DNA from: the human T2T-CHM13v2.0 reference genome, Homo sapiens
Length of the DNA: 64,000 nucleotides
Assembly (NCBI RefSeq): GCF_009914755.1
Contig: NC_060931.1
Reading direction: 5' to 3' (one strand)
In this document: one piece after another, positions 48,850 through 64,000 of the stretch
Numbering within the stretch: the stretch's first letter is position 1
Layout: every line of letters begins with the position of its first letter
The notes under the pieces: generated by a model
Database searches by the model: none
The model's input: the letters and a program-made list of their open reading frames with translations, nothing else
What the model was told of the DNA's origin: nothing
Translations under genes and position numbers: made by a program

Positions 48850-51211
48850 TTAGGAGATGCTTAATTGTGAGATATACTGGATTAATAAGAAAGGTGAAGC
48901 CAGCTCAAATTACAGGGGCCCATTATCCTAAAGTCCAGTACTCTTTTCCCCGGGGTCTGTCTCCAGAGTGTGAGTGTGAAGCAGTCTGCACCACCCTACT
49001 CTGGCCCCGTGGACTTAATCGTGGCATCTGAGGCTGGTTCTGCCTTTCAGTCTGCCTGGCTGCGATGTTGAGTCCTACCTGCGTATCGCCACACTTTCCC
49101 CTGCAGGGAGCCTCCTTCCATCCCTAAGCAGCCAGCTGCAGTCCTGCTCCAAAAGGACAGGACGCTCAGGATCTAGGAAATGAGCGTTTTCCAAACACCA
49201 GGTTGAATCCCTTGGAACTGAAACTAGACTCAGTCAAGCTCAAGTTCATCACATCCCTTTGGGCAGCCAGCTACCCCCAACCCTACTACACTCACACCCA
49301 CCAGGTCCCATTCACCCCGGCCAGAGCACTGAATTTCAGCAACCCTACCCCATACAGCGTCTGACGCTGCAGTTTCTTTAAACATTTGGTGCACTTGCAA
49401 CAGAAATTGAATTTCTGAAAACCATTTTCACACAATTTGTCAAGTCACATATGCTGGGAGAAGAGAAACCCACCTGTAGCAGAATAATTTTATTTCTGTT
49501 TATTTTAAAATAAGGAGGAGAAAGCTATTTGATTTCAGGCTTTCTTGGGAATCTTATCCTAGTAATTTGGACAAATGGCTGGTATCTAGATAGCAACAAA
49601 TCTATTTCTGATAATTAACCGACAGTGAAAAATACTAAGGTCCCACCATTTGTCATTTGAAGTGAACTATGTGCCCTGCTGGAGGGAGTGTCATTACGCA
49701 GCTGCCGAGCTAGCAAACAAAACTAGAACATCTCCAGAGAAGTTTCTAACCTTGGCTCCAATTCCTTAGATGAACTTCTGTGACTCTCACTGCGGAAAAC
49801 TCCAGAGGACTTTTGTCTGTCCTCTGCCCAGATCTGACACGGGTAGGAGCACGATGCAGCTCTCCCTAGGTGATCAGCTGTCCCCAGAAGACAATATGGC
49901 ACCAGACGGTCTTTCTCGAATGCTTGGAGAGGCAAAGCGATGGCCAAGGGTTTCCACTGAAGCTGCCATCAGGACAGGAGTGAATGCAGGGTCCTTCTTT
50001 GTGATTTTGACCTTCACCGACCTTGATTATTCAATGTGACCTTTCCCTGGACCTACGTCATCCCTTTCAAGAACGTTATTCCCATTTACCATTCTCTGGG
50101 TACAAAGTTCAGCATAATTTTATTTTTAGACCTATGTCTAGAGACTAACTTTAAGATAATGTTCATAAAAAGTTATAAATTCCTACTGAAATGTATATGG
50201 TCATAAATTTTCCTTCCCTTCTGTTTCACAGCTGTTGCCTCCAAAATGCTGTTTTCAATTTATTCGCAGTCCCACCTTCTTCTTTCTTTCGCCCAAACCC
50301 TTTCTGTTTGAATCCACAGGACACTGACAGTTAAGTCACCCTTTGTCAAGTGGAGCCACCAAGCATATCAAATCCTGTGTGAAGAGAATTCCCAGTCTTT
50401 CTTTCCGGCTGCCCCAGCTGACAACAGGGGGTCTTCACTGAGAGACCCTCTCTCTGGGCAGCTTCAGTGAGAGCCACATTTCCAGTTCCAGGGCTGTGAG
50501 GTGCTGTCAGAAAGCCGCAGAGAGCAGGTCGGCGTGGGTGGTAACACATCCCAGAGGGTCAGGCACAGCAAGACCTCCCTCTTTGTCTCCACAGACTCCA
50601 ACTTGAAGACCACAGCCACACAGCGGACTAAATTAGAGAGTAGGCACTTGAGATTCCCTAAAGAAAGACACTGCAGAACTACAGGGTATCCACCATATTT
50701 ATGGCATCCAAAATGCCTTGTGATCTATAGAAATCTGTCTTCTCCGCTTCTTCCCTTCATCTTCCCTTCCATGGCTGTAAAACTTCATTTCCCACAATTG
50801 GGACTGAATGAAAGAGGACTCCAATAAAAAGAGGGAGAATAGCCAATTTGACACCACTGTGCAGAGTGATCAGATGCATTCAGCTCTGATAAAGGAGAGG
50901 ACTCGGAGAGAGGCGGGCCCAGGAACCCATGGCTGTCTGTTAGTGGAGAGTTTATTCACCCAGATGTTGGGTGCCTGTTGCTGTAAGAGGAGCTTAGGAA
51001 TCAGAGATGAATGTGGTTGTCAAGGAATTATGTGTTCTGGCTACTTATTACGAGATATGTGGCCTGAGATAATTACTCAACCTCTTGAGCCTCTGTTTTC
51101 TTTTCTGACAAATGGGAAGAATTAAATCCATCACTACACGTAAAGAGACTTTCCAAGTGACTACAAGTGACTACAAATATTAGTCATTATTTGTATTAAA
51201 AATAAACTCCT

Positions 51212-52116
<905 letters not shown>

Positions 52117-52304
52117 ATAAATTATTTTTAAAAATAAAAAATAAATAAACTCCTGGAGTCCCATAAGAGAGGTGTAGGAGTTCAAAGGAAAGGAGATTTT
52201 CTTTAGGTGGGGTAATCAGGAAGGGTTCATGGGAAAAGCAGTTTGTGAATGGATCCTTGAAGGATTTGTAGGGTTTAGCCAGGCAATTATGAGGAAAGAG
52301 AATC

Positions 52305-52687
<383 letters not shown>

Positions 52688-52980
52688 TTATGAAAATGAT
52701 TCTTATATAAGTGAAGCCCCTCAAATCAACTTTCATTGCACTGCTTCCTACGTTCCATGCACCACGCTGCTGCCTTGAAGGCGTGGCTTCAGCTGACCCT
52801 CTCAGCCCCCATATTAGCTCAGTCTCTCTAATGCTCCTATTTACAAAGAAACAAGCACAATTTCCCACGGTCCCACTTCCAGCGAGTGGTGGCATCAGAA
52901 TTTGAGCCCAGTTGTTCTGACCAGCAGATCCCATGTATTTAAATGGAATCCTTGGGGAGGATCATTGCAAGAAAGACCAG

Positions 52981-53367
52981 TGTTACAGGCTGAAGTGTGA
53001 CCTCCCACCCCAAAATTCATATGTTGAAGCCCTAACCCCCAGTACCTCAGCTGTGACTATATTTAGAGATGGGGAGGGAATTTAGGTAAAATGAGGTCAT
53101 CAGGATGGGTCCCCATCCAACATAACTGGTGTCTTTATGAGAAGGGAAGGTTAGGACGCAGACACACACAGAGGGAAGACCGGGTGAGGATAATGGGGAG
53201 AAGGCGGCCACTTACCGGCAAAAGAGAGAGGGCTCAGGAGAAACCGACACCGCCAGCACCTTGACCTCAGACTTCCAGCCTCCAGTACTGTGAGAAAGTA
53301 AACTTCTGCTGTTTAAACCCCCCAGTCTGTGGTCCTTTGTTATGGCATCCCGAGCAAACAGATACAA
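52981..53367 (+). mobile_element. MLT1A/B LTR
   Basis: 'tgttacaggctgaagtgtg..ccaaaattcatatgttgaagccctaacccccagtacctcag...cgagcaaacagataca'. Confidence 0.85.
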
Positions 53368-53475
53368 CCTGTCATGGAAATCTCACATCAGCACAGGGAG
53401 ACAAATCATTATTTAGATCTCAGAGCCACACAACTTGATCTGAACACCTTCCTCATCGTGGGAAAAAAGGGAGCC

Positions 53476-53775
53476 TTTTTTTTTTTTTTTTGAGACAAAG
53501 TAAGTCTTACTTTGTCACCCAGGCTGGAGTACAGTGGGGTGATCTCGGCTCACTGCAACCTCCTCCTCCTGGGTTCAAGTGATTCTCCTGCCTCAGCACT
53601 GAGTAGCTAGGATTACAGGCATGCACCACCATGCCCAGCTAATTTTTGTATTTTTAGTAGAGATGGGGTTTCGCCACGGTGGCCAGGCTGGTCTCAAACT
53701 CCTGACCTCAGACAATCCACCCGCCTCAGCCTCCCAAAGTGCTGGGATTACAGACATGAACCACCGCACCCTGGC
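53476..53775 (-). mobile_element. AluS
   Basis: Antisense full Alu. Confidence 0.9.
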
Positions 53776-54101
53776 AGGAAGTCAATTTTTATCTCCACGG
53801 ACTTCAGAAAGCCCAAGTTTCAATATTTCGGGTTCCTGTCATTAGGCTCTTAGTTTTATAAGAACAGGAACAACTTTGGACATTTCACCAAGGGTAGAGT
53901 ATCATGAGGCAGAGCCCTGTCCCTTAAACACTTTACTGTTTTTTTAGAAGATTCCAGGTGGAGCCATACCAGAACTGGGCAGGTGAAATCCTGCCTCAAC
54001 CAGTCGCTGGAGGATTTATCTTGGAGAAAGCATTGCAGGGTCTGTGGTCGCAGTTTGGACTTTTTGACATTTGATTATTTGCACAATTAAAATTTATTTT
54101 A

Positions 54102-54458
<357 letters not shown>

Positions 54459-54734
54459 TCAGGTCAGAAGCAAAAGAGCCAGTTTGAATGCTCAACCCAA
54501 ACTCCCTGGCTCTTCTGGGTTAGCCCATGTCCCGGAACTGCTGGAACATCTCTCACCCCATCTCCCGCTATTCGGTCCCACAAGTGCTGCTGTCACTCCT
54601 GCTCCTGTTAATACCGCCTCAGTGTCATCAACAGCAGGAAATTACAAAGGAATTCAAATGGAAAACTAATCCCTTACAGGAGACAAAGAGCATTAAAGAC
54701 AAAGCCCATTGGAATGACTTTCATTTTTTTTCTG

Positions 54735-54862
54735 GTGCGTGCGTGCATGTGTGTGTGTGTATCTGTGTGTGTGTGTGCGCGTGTGTGTGTGCGTGTATGT
54801 ATGTGCGTGTGTGTGTGTGTGTCTGTGGGGGGTGTGCATGTGTGTATCTGTCGGGGTGTATG
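54735..54862. repeat. (TG)n compound microsatellite
   Basis: Interrupted TG run. Confidence 0.92.
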
Positions 54863-55262
54863 CACAAAAAGCAAAGGAAAGAAAACATCACTCTTGAAGC
54901 TTTCCAGGCCCCAGAAGGCACACACCAACCACAAATCTAAGGCCAAAATCTTTCCTATTGTTCAACTATGTTTAACAACAATCCACAAAATTTAATAGAG
55001 CAATTTATAATCATGTTCAACAAACAATATATGTGCACTTTATATACCCCCCAAAATTAACATTTTTTTTGCAGTTTTTAGTTCCCCCAAATTTCTCTAC
55101 CACCTTCCGGTCAATTTTAATTTCCCAAAGAGAAGAGCAACGTGACAGATTTTGAGAAACAGAAGAGACCCTTGACAACTGGGAGCCGGCCTGGCACACA
55201 GCTGGGAGCGGTGTCTTCCTGTTAAACAGGCGATTCCACAGAACACCAGCACGCAATCACTC

Positions 55263-55675
55263 TGTGACTAAGTGGAACAAGACAGGAGCAAGACCACTCC
55301 TTAATCATGTCTAAACACTGAAAAAAATAGAATCATTTGTCCAAATCACATAGAAACCAAACATCTCCCCATCCTGGTTAATATGGGTGACCTCTGCTCC
55401 TTTACCAGTAACAGCATGAGCCTCTATTCATTCCAACCCCTTGCAGATACTGTCTGTTAAAATATCTAATCACAAAATTTGCTTCCTGACAACATTCGGT
55501 CCAGAGCAAAGCTCTGCTTCCTTGGATCAGCCCCAGAACCACCAAATACAGCCCGAATCCTATATTAAGTCCTTCCTAGCACTCTCTTACTGAGGTGCCC
55601 CACAATTCTGCATGGGGTTCTCTCTGTTTGCAACAAATAAACCCAACATGTTCCACGACAGGTGTATTCCTGTAG
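55263..55675 (+). mobile_element. MER31-like ERV1 LTR
   Basis: 'cttcctgacaacattcggtccagagcaaagc...aataaacccaac..acaggtgtattcctg'. Confidence 0.5.
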
Positions 55676-55792
55676 TTCCTGCCCCTTTACTTCAAAATTG
55701 CACAATCCTTCTGTGTTAGCTGCAGTTACTCAGTTTACACAGAAGAGCCTCAGACCCAGTTCTCAACACATTCCACTTAAATTATAGCTTCT

Positions 55793-56104
<312 letters not shown>

Positions 56105-56460
56105 TCAGCTGCTACTCCATCATTCAGTCAACAAACATTTGTTTACAGGGGTTTCTCTCTGCTATTTCTCTGGCAGCAAATCCTGGAGACAATAAGAATA
56201 CCCAGGCTCTGACACTCTGTGGTCTTTATATATGACCAAGTATTAGAACTGAAGGGACCTCCCTTTTACAAATGATTAAACCGGTACTCAGAGAAGTTAA
56301 GTAGCTTGCCTAGAACCATTCATACTCTCTTTTGCATGCACGTAACCTGCTAAGGGCATGCTCCCAGGTCAGTAGAGAGGTGGGGGGAAAAGAACAGGGA
56401 CGTGGAAGAAGCCAGTCAAGGATGGGCTTTTGGATAAAACCTGCGGAGAGTAGTTTCAAG

Positions 56461-56670
56461 CCAGTGGTTCCCAACTCAGGCAACTTTGCCCCCAGAGGAC
56501 ATTTAGCAGTAGCTGGCATATTCTTGATTGTCATGACTTTGAGAGAGGGTCCTACTGTCATCTGGTGGATAGAAGCCAGAGATGCAGCTCATCATCCACC
56601 AATGCACAGGCAGCCCCCCACAGCAAAGACGTGTCCAGTCTAAAATATCAGTCATGCTGATGCTGAGATA
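56461..56670. mobile_element. MER20 (hAT-Charlie)
   Basis: 'cagtggttcccaactcaggcaactttgcccccagaggacattt...aatgcacaggcagccccccacagcaaag'. Confidence 0.85.
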
Positions 56671-56929
56671 TTCTGGCCTCCAATGCTGACAGAAAATGAA
56701 AGTTTGACAATTTGGGACCACATGCCTGAGCCCCAGGCCAGCTGGGCCTGGAGAACACTGAATTCCCTCTTGAGCAGCTGAGAGCCAAGCCCAAGCTTGC
56801 ATGGAGTATTTGGAATCAGCTGAGGCATTTGACCATTTTGCAAATTCAACCAATGTTTATTAAGAGAGTGATTGGGTTATTTCCAGGCAAACTCTCCTCC
56901 TTTTTTAAAATTTGAAGTTTGATCTAAAA

Positions 56930-57190
56930 GTGAAAGTAGCACAATACAGGAGAAAGGGCCCGATCCTGACAGCCAGTTGAAACTGAGTCTGAATTTCAGA
57001 GTCATCATTTTCTCAATAATACGTCTTCAGGCGGGTTACTTACACTTTCCAAGTCTCTGTTTCCTCCCCTAAGAAATGGAGGTGATCTTGCCTTGTCTTA
57101 ATAGTGTTGTTGTGAGAGTTAAAACAAAGCAATAAGTAAACAGAAGAAGAACACTGGACCACATAGGCACTGAATGGATGAGAGCTACTT
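56930..57190 (+). mobile_element. MIR
   Basis: 'gtctctgtttcctcccctaagaaatggag...gtgttgttgtgagagttaaa'. Confidence 0.6.
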
Positions 57191-58683
57191 TGAATTTAAT
57201 CATTCTGTTAGGAACTGGTCAAATAAACCTTTGGCCTCCAGCATCCTGCCAACCATCTGGTCATTAGTCTCGTGCCCAGGCTTGGGGGGAAGTTCATAAG
57301 GGTGCATGAACTTCAACTTACCAAGGAGAACTGCATCCCAAAAATCTCATATTACACTACTCTGATTTCTGGCAGAAAAGAAAATGGAGCACATAGTAAA
57401 GAAGACAGAGTACACACACACACACACACACACAAGGTCACAGAGGTCCCCCCTGCCGCCACCCCACAACTTCTGGATGGGCTGTAGTGAAGCCGTAGCA
57501 TAGGGAAGCCCCTGGCCAGGGCAGAAGGAACAGCTGTCACACGGCTGAGATGATGCTGTCTTCTAACAAGGAAGCCCTGGCACAGCCAGATCAAAGGAGA
57601 CATTCTTGTCCTGATGAAAGCCCGACGAAGCCTGACAGGTAAACTTTGGCTCTTCCAGCTAAGGCAGCAAATCCAAGTTTTCCTGGCCACAAGAGTTGGG
57701 ACACTTCGTGCACAAAATCCCCATTCCCAGTTCTACCTGCAAAGCAAAAATATTCCACTTGCATGTTGCTTTTATCCGTATAAAGCCAAACTCGCCTGGC
57801 AGACTTGGATCCAAGGGTTGATGCGGGGCTCTGCAGTGGGGCATCTAGGAGAGGCAAAGCTGCCTGTTCCAGCCTGTCCCCAGGGCGTTCGTGTAATTCC
57901 AGACACTAGTAATTACTCAACCTTCCCCCTCACCCCAGGGCTTCCTCCAATCTGTAACAAGCCCCAAACCATCTGGAGACGAGCGGGATCCTCCCTGGCC
58001 TCCGCAGCTTCAGGACACATCCAAAGGAAGCTGCCATCGAGCATCAAACGGCTTTGCCAACAGATCACATTTCTGGAGCTCTCGCAGTCTGAAGGGATTC
58101 GAGATGACAGATGTAACCCACATGATCTATGACAGATACAGCCATGGAGAATGTCAGCGTTAATATTTAATATTATTTGAATAACTGCCCTGTTTGTCTC
58201 ACTTAACATGGCAGGCACCGTGGGCTGGCAGCCCGTCTCCCCGGGTGTTTGGCGGGGAACGAAGCTTGTAGAAAATGCTCGGTCAGCAAGATGTTCAGTA
58301 ATTCAGATGTGAGATTCAGATTTGCTTTGAGAAATTACATTAAACTTGTTAAACATGAATTAGGGAGACCCCAAAGCGCTGGATACACAGAATTCCCTTC
58401 GTGCAAAAGTAGTTACAAGCACCACAGAAATTTACCTGTGGGGTTTGAAGGCTGTATTGATGACAACAGCTAAGAAAAGGTGTAACATTTAGGGAACTCA
58501 TAAATAAAGATCTTTATTAAGATACGGTGCTAACTTCTCAGTCTACGCCTCCAGGGCAGGAGCAGAGGCACCTTCTCTATTTTCCTATGCCCCTCCCACC
58601 CACTCCTCTCTCCTCCCCGTTACCCCCACCATGCAGAAACTGGGGCCTGCTGTAGAATCACTAACAATGACTTCAAATGCTGC

Positions 58684-59091
<408 letters not shown>

Positions 59092-60119
59092 TAGAGAAGT
59101 GGAAGCAAGGGCAATTGCTCTGGAGCAACATTCTAGGAAAGTGCTTGGTGCTGTTGATGGGGTAAGGGAGGGGCATTTGGAATACTTCAAGAAGACTTGA
59201 GCCAAATCATCACCTTGGGGTGATTACACACCTGCCCTGCGCACCACCCAGAAGCTGGAGGCCGGGGAGAGGTTCACCGCAGAGCCTGGGAGAGGCCTGC
59301 GGAAGTGATCCTCAGCTGTCGGAAGGGAACACACACTCAGGAGATGTGAGGGAACATTCAGGGAATACACACTCAGGCCATGCTTTGCAACGGTCTTCTC
59401 CATCCCTGTGTCACTCTGGATATAGCCAGGGCCAGGACCAGGGGGTGGCAGGCAAAACCAGGGCCTAGGGCACCAATCCAGGGAGGCGCTGGAGCTCAGG
59501 GTCGTACTAGTGCAGAGGCGGCGCCTGAGGGCCGGCGCCTCCTCCTTGGGTGTTGGCCCTGGCTCCCCCTTGCCTCCTCCTGGTCCTGGTCCTGGGAGTA
59601 TAGCCAGCCTTTCTTCCATCCCTCCCTTTCGTTCTGATAATGTTATCTCAGGATTGTGTACCAGGCAAAGTTCTGAGGAAATCTAGAACAGGTCCTGGCA
59701 TGCAGTGTCACCTAGGAGGCCAGCTGTCATATCTTGCTTGTTCACAGAGTGCAAAATGAGTTCCTTCAACCCAATTCAAGAATCGTTTTTTGAATATTTC
59801 TTGAGTTAAAAAGCATTTTGCTAGCCTGCTGGAGGATGCCAAAATACATGAGAAGACTCCAGTGCCCACCAGGGCTCACATTGAGAGATGAAGCCTGCTG
59901 GGGGGACGGCACTGTGAGCGTGCACGTGGGGAGTCATGTGTAGACAGCACCCACTATCCAGGTCCCGTGCCCTGTGCCTGGTGCAAGCGGCTGACAGCAG
60001 CTTTGTCCCTTGGGATCACACCAGCCACAGTAAAGCACTGAGTGCCAGCCACGGAACCGCTCCTGGGAGCCTCCGTTGCCTCATTAGTGAAGCAGAAATA
60101 ACACTGCTGTAAAAGAGTG

Positions 60120-60622
60120 TGTATTAGTCTGGGTTCTCTGGAGAAACAGAACCAATGGTATAGAGAGAGATATATAGAAAGAGATTTATTACAAGGACTG
60201 GTTCACGTGATTACAGAAGCTGAGAAGTCCCCTAATCTGCCATTTGCACCCAGGACAGCCAGTGGTGAAGTTCCAGTCCAAACCCGCAGGCCTGAGAACC
60301 GGGGGAGCCAATGGTCTAAGTTTTGAAGGAGTTTGCAGGCCCAGCAACCAGGAGTGGGGATGTCTAAGGGAAGGAGAAAATGAACGTCTCAGCTCAGCAG
60401 GGAGAAAGTGCACTCCCCCTCCGCTTTTTGTTCTAGTTAGGCCCTCGGTGGATAGAATGGTGCCCACCTGCATTGGTAAGAGTTGACCTTCTGTACTCAG
60501 CCTACCAATTCAAACACTGATCTCTTCCAGAAACACCCTCACAGACACACCCAGAAGCAGTATTTTACTGGCTCTCTGGGCATTCCTTAGCCCAGTCAAA
60601 TTGACACAGAAAATAACCATTG
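60120..60622 (-). mobile_element. MLT2-family (ERVL) LTR
   Basis: 'tgtattagtctgggttctctggagaaacagaaccaat...aaacaccctcacagacacacccagaa...cagtcaaattgacac'. Confidence 0.85.
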
Positions 60623-62154
60623 CATTCTCTATTTTGCAATGTAGGACAAGATATTATCTCATTTAAGCACAAACTCCTCTAATTACATTAGTTTTAATAT
60701 ATTGGTATGATGATGTTCTTCTCCCCTGTCCAAGGAGCTCAAAACTTGCAAGTTGTTCTGTCACCTAGATAAGTTTGAAAATTACTGGGAAAGGGCACTT
60801 TCTTTCACAGGCATGAGGTCTTTTTTGGTGGAGGATGGAGGCTGGGCTCTGGCAGGCTCCCACCGCACCTGGCGTGAGAGAGTTGAGGGCAGGCTCCAAA
60901 GCACCCAGCTGCTCAAAGCCACCAGCCACTCTGTTTTCCACTGGAACAGGGGTCAGTTCTGTCCCTGGAATTTGCAGCCTAAGTATCACAACTCCACCAA
61001 AGTCTGAAGGCAGGCTGGCAGATCTTTGGGTTGTCATATGAGTCTTTGGAGAGGTAGGATGTGGTCCTTTTGGGAAGAGTCACCCACTCTTCCTGGGCAG
61101 AGATTATCAGGACATTCAGGTTCAACTGAGATTTCAGTCACTATGTCTGAGAATTAATACACCGTAAATACTCATTGATTAAATCACTTATTTGATTCAG
61201 ACTTTGCCTAAATGATATTAAGGTGGCAGACAAGAGAACTGAAAACATAGCAAAATGGGTTTCCTTAGGTTATTTTCTGATCACTTGATTAATTTTAACT
61301 TTAGTTTATCTCTACAGAATCCATCTCTGTGTCCTTTAGGAAGAGGGTGTCAAAAAACAACACCTTATAAGCCAAAGCCATTAACTTTCACTTTTGATCA
61401 TGAGTTCCCTTTCTACATTTTTTATAATAAATTTTACATCTCCATGATATGCATTTCTGTTGGTGCACAGTTATTATCAGATATTTTTCACTTTAATGAA
61501 TCTCTGTGCACACATACTAGGCAGAATGTAAATTTCCATATGTGATGAAATGTGTGAACAGAAGTAAAATTACAGTGCCATCTTCAGGAAACTAAAAGTC
61601 TTTCTTTACAAAGCACTACATATGTAGCTCCAAGTCAGCTAAAAATGTTCCCGGATTTGAACATAAATCTCTCCTTTATGTTATAAAAATGGTAGGTGAA
61701 GCAAAGGATAAACATGGGGCAGCTCTTTGCAGTGAAATGCAATAAAATCTTCTAGATAACCACAGAGGCGCTAAGGATTTAGTGCTCCTGGAACCAGAGA
61801 GGGTGTGACTGCCTTGTTTTATAGCCGTATATTCATTACAGATGGCTAAAGGAGAGGAAAAATTAAAAGGAGGACGCAAAGTTGCCCTTGTTGCAAGCAA
61901 ACTGCCTCTGTTTTTCTTAAATTGTTATGGATTGCCGAAGCTGGAAGAAAACCTGCGTAGTTCCGGGTGCCAGCTCCTGGTCTGGTAGAAAGTTATTCTG
62001 ACAAGCCATGGTGTGCACCTATATGTGTTTGGATAAGAGCACTGGGGGACCCCCATCCACACACTAAAGGAGGTTTAAGAAACTCAGGCCATGAACGGCT
62101 AAAGCACAGGGCTTGGTTTCAGAGAGCCAGAGAAGGTTAGAGCTAGAAAGAAGT

Positions 62155-62260
62155 TGTTTTACAGATGGGGAAACTGAGTCCTGAAGAGGATGCTTAACTT
62201 GCCCAAGGTCACGTGTCTAGTAGACCACTGGAAACTCTCTTGATACCTGGAGCCCTTCAA
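62155..62260 (-). mobile_element. MIR core
   Basis: 'ttttacagatggggaaactgagtc...aacttgcccaaggtcac'. Confidence 0.75.
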
Positions 62261-62348
62261 TAAATGGGCAGGTAAACTGGTCTAATCTTTCTGGAAAGCA
62301 ACTCGGAAATTGATCATATGCTTAGAGCCAGGACTTCCTGCCCATACT

Positions 62349-62673
<325 letters not shown>

Positions 62674-64000
62674 TCAAGCTGCAGAAGTGGGGCCTTTCCC
62701 TAGCCTTGCGCTTTGGAGAGCCCCTCCCTTCCCACCCTGCCGCGGGTGTCATCTCCCCACCAGGCAAGGAGTAGGAAGAGATCAGGGAACATGCCCATGC
62801 CTCACCAATCCCCCTAGATCACACTCCAGCTTCCTGGAACTCTGGAATTCCCTGCCCAAGCAGTCCTAAGCCAGCTTCCAGGACCTGAGCATATCACCCA
62901 AAGGGTAGCAAGGCGTGAAGGTTTATGGGAAGGGAAAGTGTGGTCAGCCCTAGAAGCTTCAGTGTGCAGGCTGAGGTGCCAACACGCATGCGCACAAGCC
63001 CCCTCCCAGTGAGAGACAAAGCTGGGGGTGGGAAGAGGAGGCGGTCAGGCCCCGGGTCAGTGCCTGGGGTCCGTTCTCCCCACGCCAGCATGTTCCATTA
63101 CAGAACTCCAAGGAACCTACAAATTCTAAATTCAAACCTTGTATTTCAGGCCATTTTGAAGGTATATTTGTCAAGGTAGATGGCTAGAATATATCTTATA
63201 TAAATTATCAATTTGTTTGCTTGATTTATAACTTAAATATCTAGACACATTTTTACTTTTGCTCTGAGCTCAGCAAATCAGGAATAGACTGATTTTTCTC
63301 AATACTCAAAAGACATAATCAGAAATGCAAACAAAGCTTTATGCACAAAGATATTTAAAGTATATTTTATAAGAGCCAAGAATATGTATCATCTTAAAAG
63401 TCCAATATTAAGTGAAGTATTAACTAAATTATATTATACCCTAGATGTAAGATCTCTCAAAGATTTTAGGCTTGAATGATTGGAGATGGAGGAAGAACAA
63501 GTTGCAGGAGACGGTGAGGAGTTGCAAACCAAGAGTTCCATTGTGGACATATTATGTTTGAGATGCCTGCAGGCAAGCAGGTGGTTGGTTATACAAATCA
63601 AGAACACAGGGCTAGAAATATAAATTTGAGATTCACATAAATAGAATTATCATGTATATATGATCATATCAATATGATTACATCTATATATAAAACCATT
63701 GGAATCATATATGATCATATGGATAGATGTAATATCTATTGGTTGGTTTAAGCCACTCTACTGAGAGCCGTAGGGCAATGCCTATGGCGAGAGGGGAAAA
63801 CACTTCTCTTTCTGAAGCCATCAGGCCTCTTCCTCAGAACACTTGCTTCCTTTCAACCACATCCAGCCTTGTTCCATTAAGGCCCCTTCTGGCTCCCTCT
63901 CTTTTACCATAGACTTGAGTGTTTCAGGCCTATTGATGCACTACAGCATTCCGCATGAGCTTTGGAAAAGAGCCAGTAATGGATTAACCCTTTCTACAGC

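Overview
Human (or very closely related hominid) genomic DNA, repeat-dense and apparently intergenic or intronic, with no intact protein-coding gene that I can support. The species call rests on a near-consensus AluYa5-type element. Main contents: a near full-length L1PA7/8-type LINE-1 interrupted by a solo LTR12C and three Alus, which has lost about 2 kb of ORF2; about 35 Alus; about 18 solo or partial ERV/MaLR LTRs, several nested with intact TSDs; a 7SL pseudogene split by two nested LTRs; a 5'-truncated EXOSC6 (MTR3) pseudogene; and MIR, L2, MER and CA/TG repeats. I find no novel multi-gene system. The best unexplained signals are DNA repair and rearrangement scars: a locally templated insertion at 10820-10897, an Alu-associated deletion of the L1 RT region, a 3x61-bp tandem amplification, a fused inverted Alu pair, and two Alus inserted back-to-back at one endonuclease site. 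Subfamily names come from recalled consensus sequences and need RepeatMasker/Dfam confirmation.
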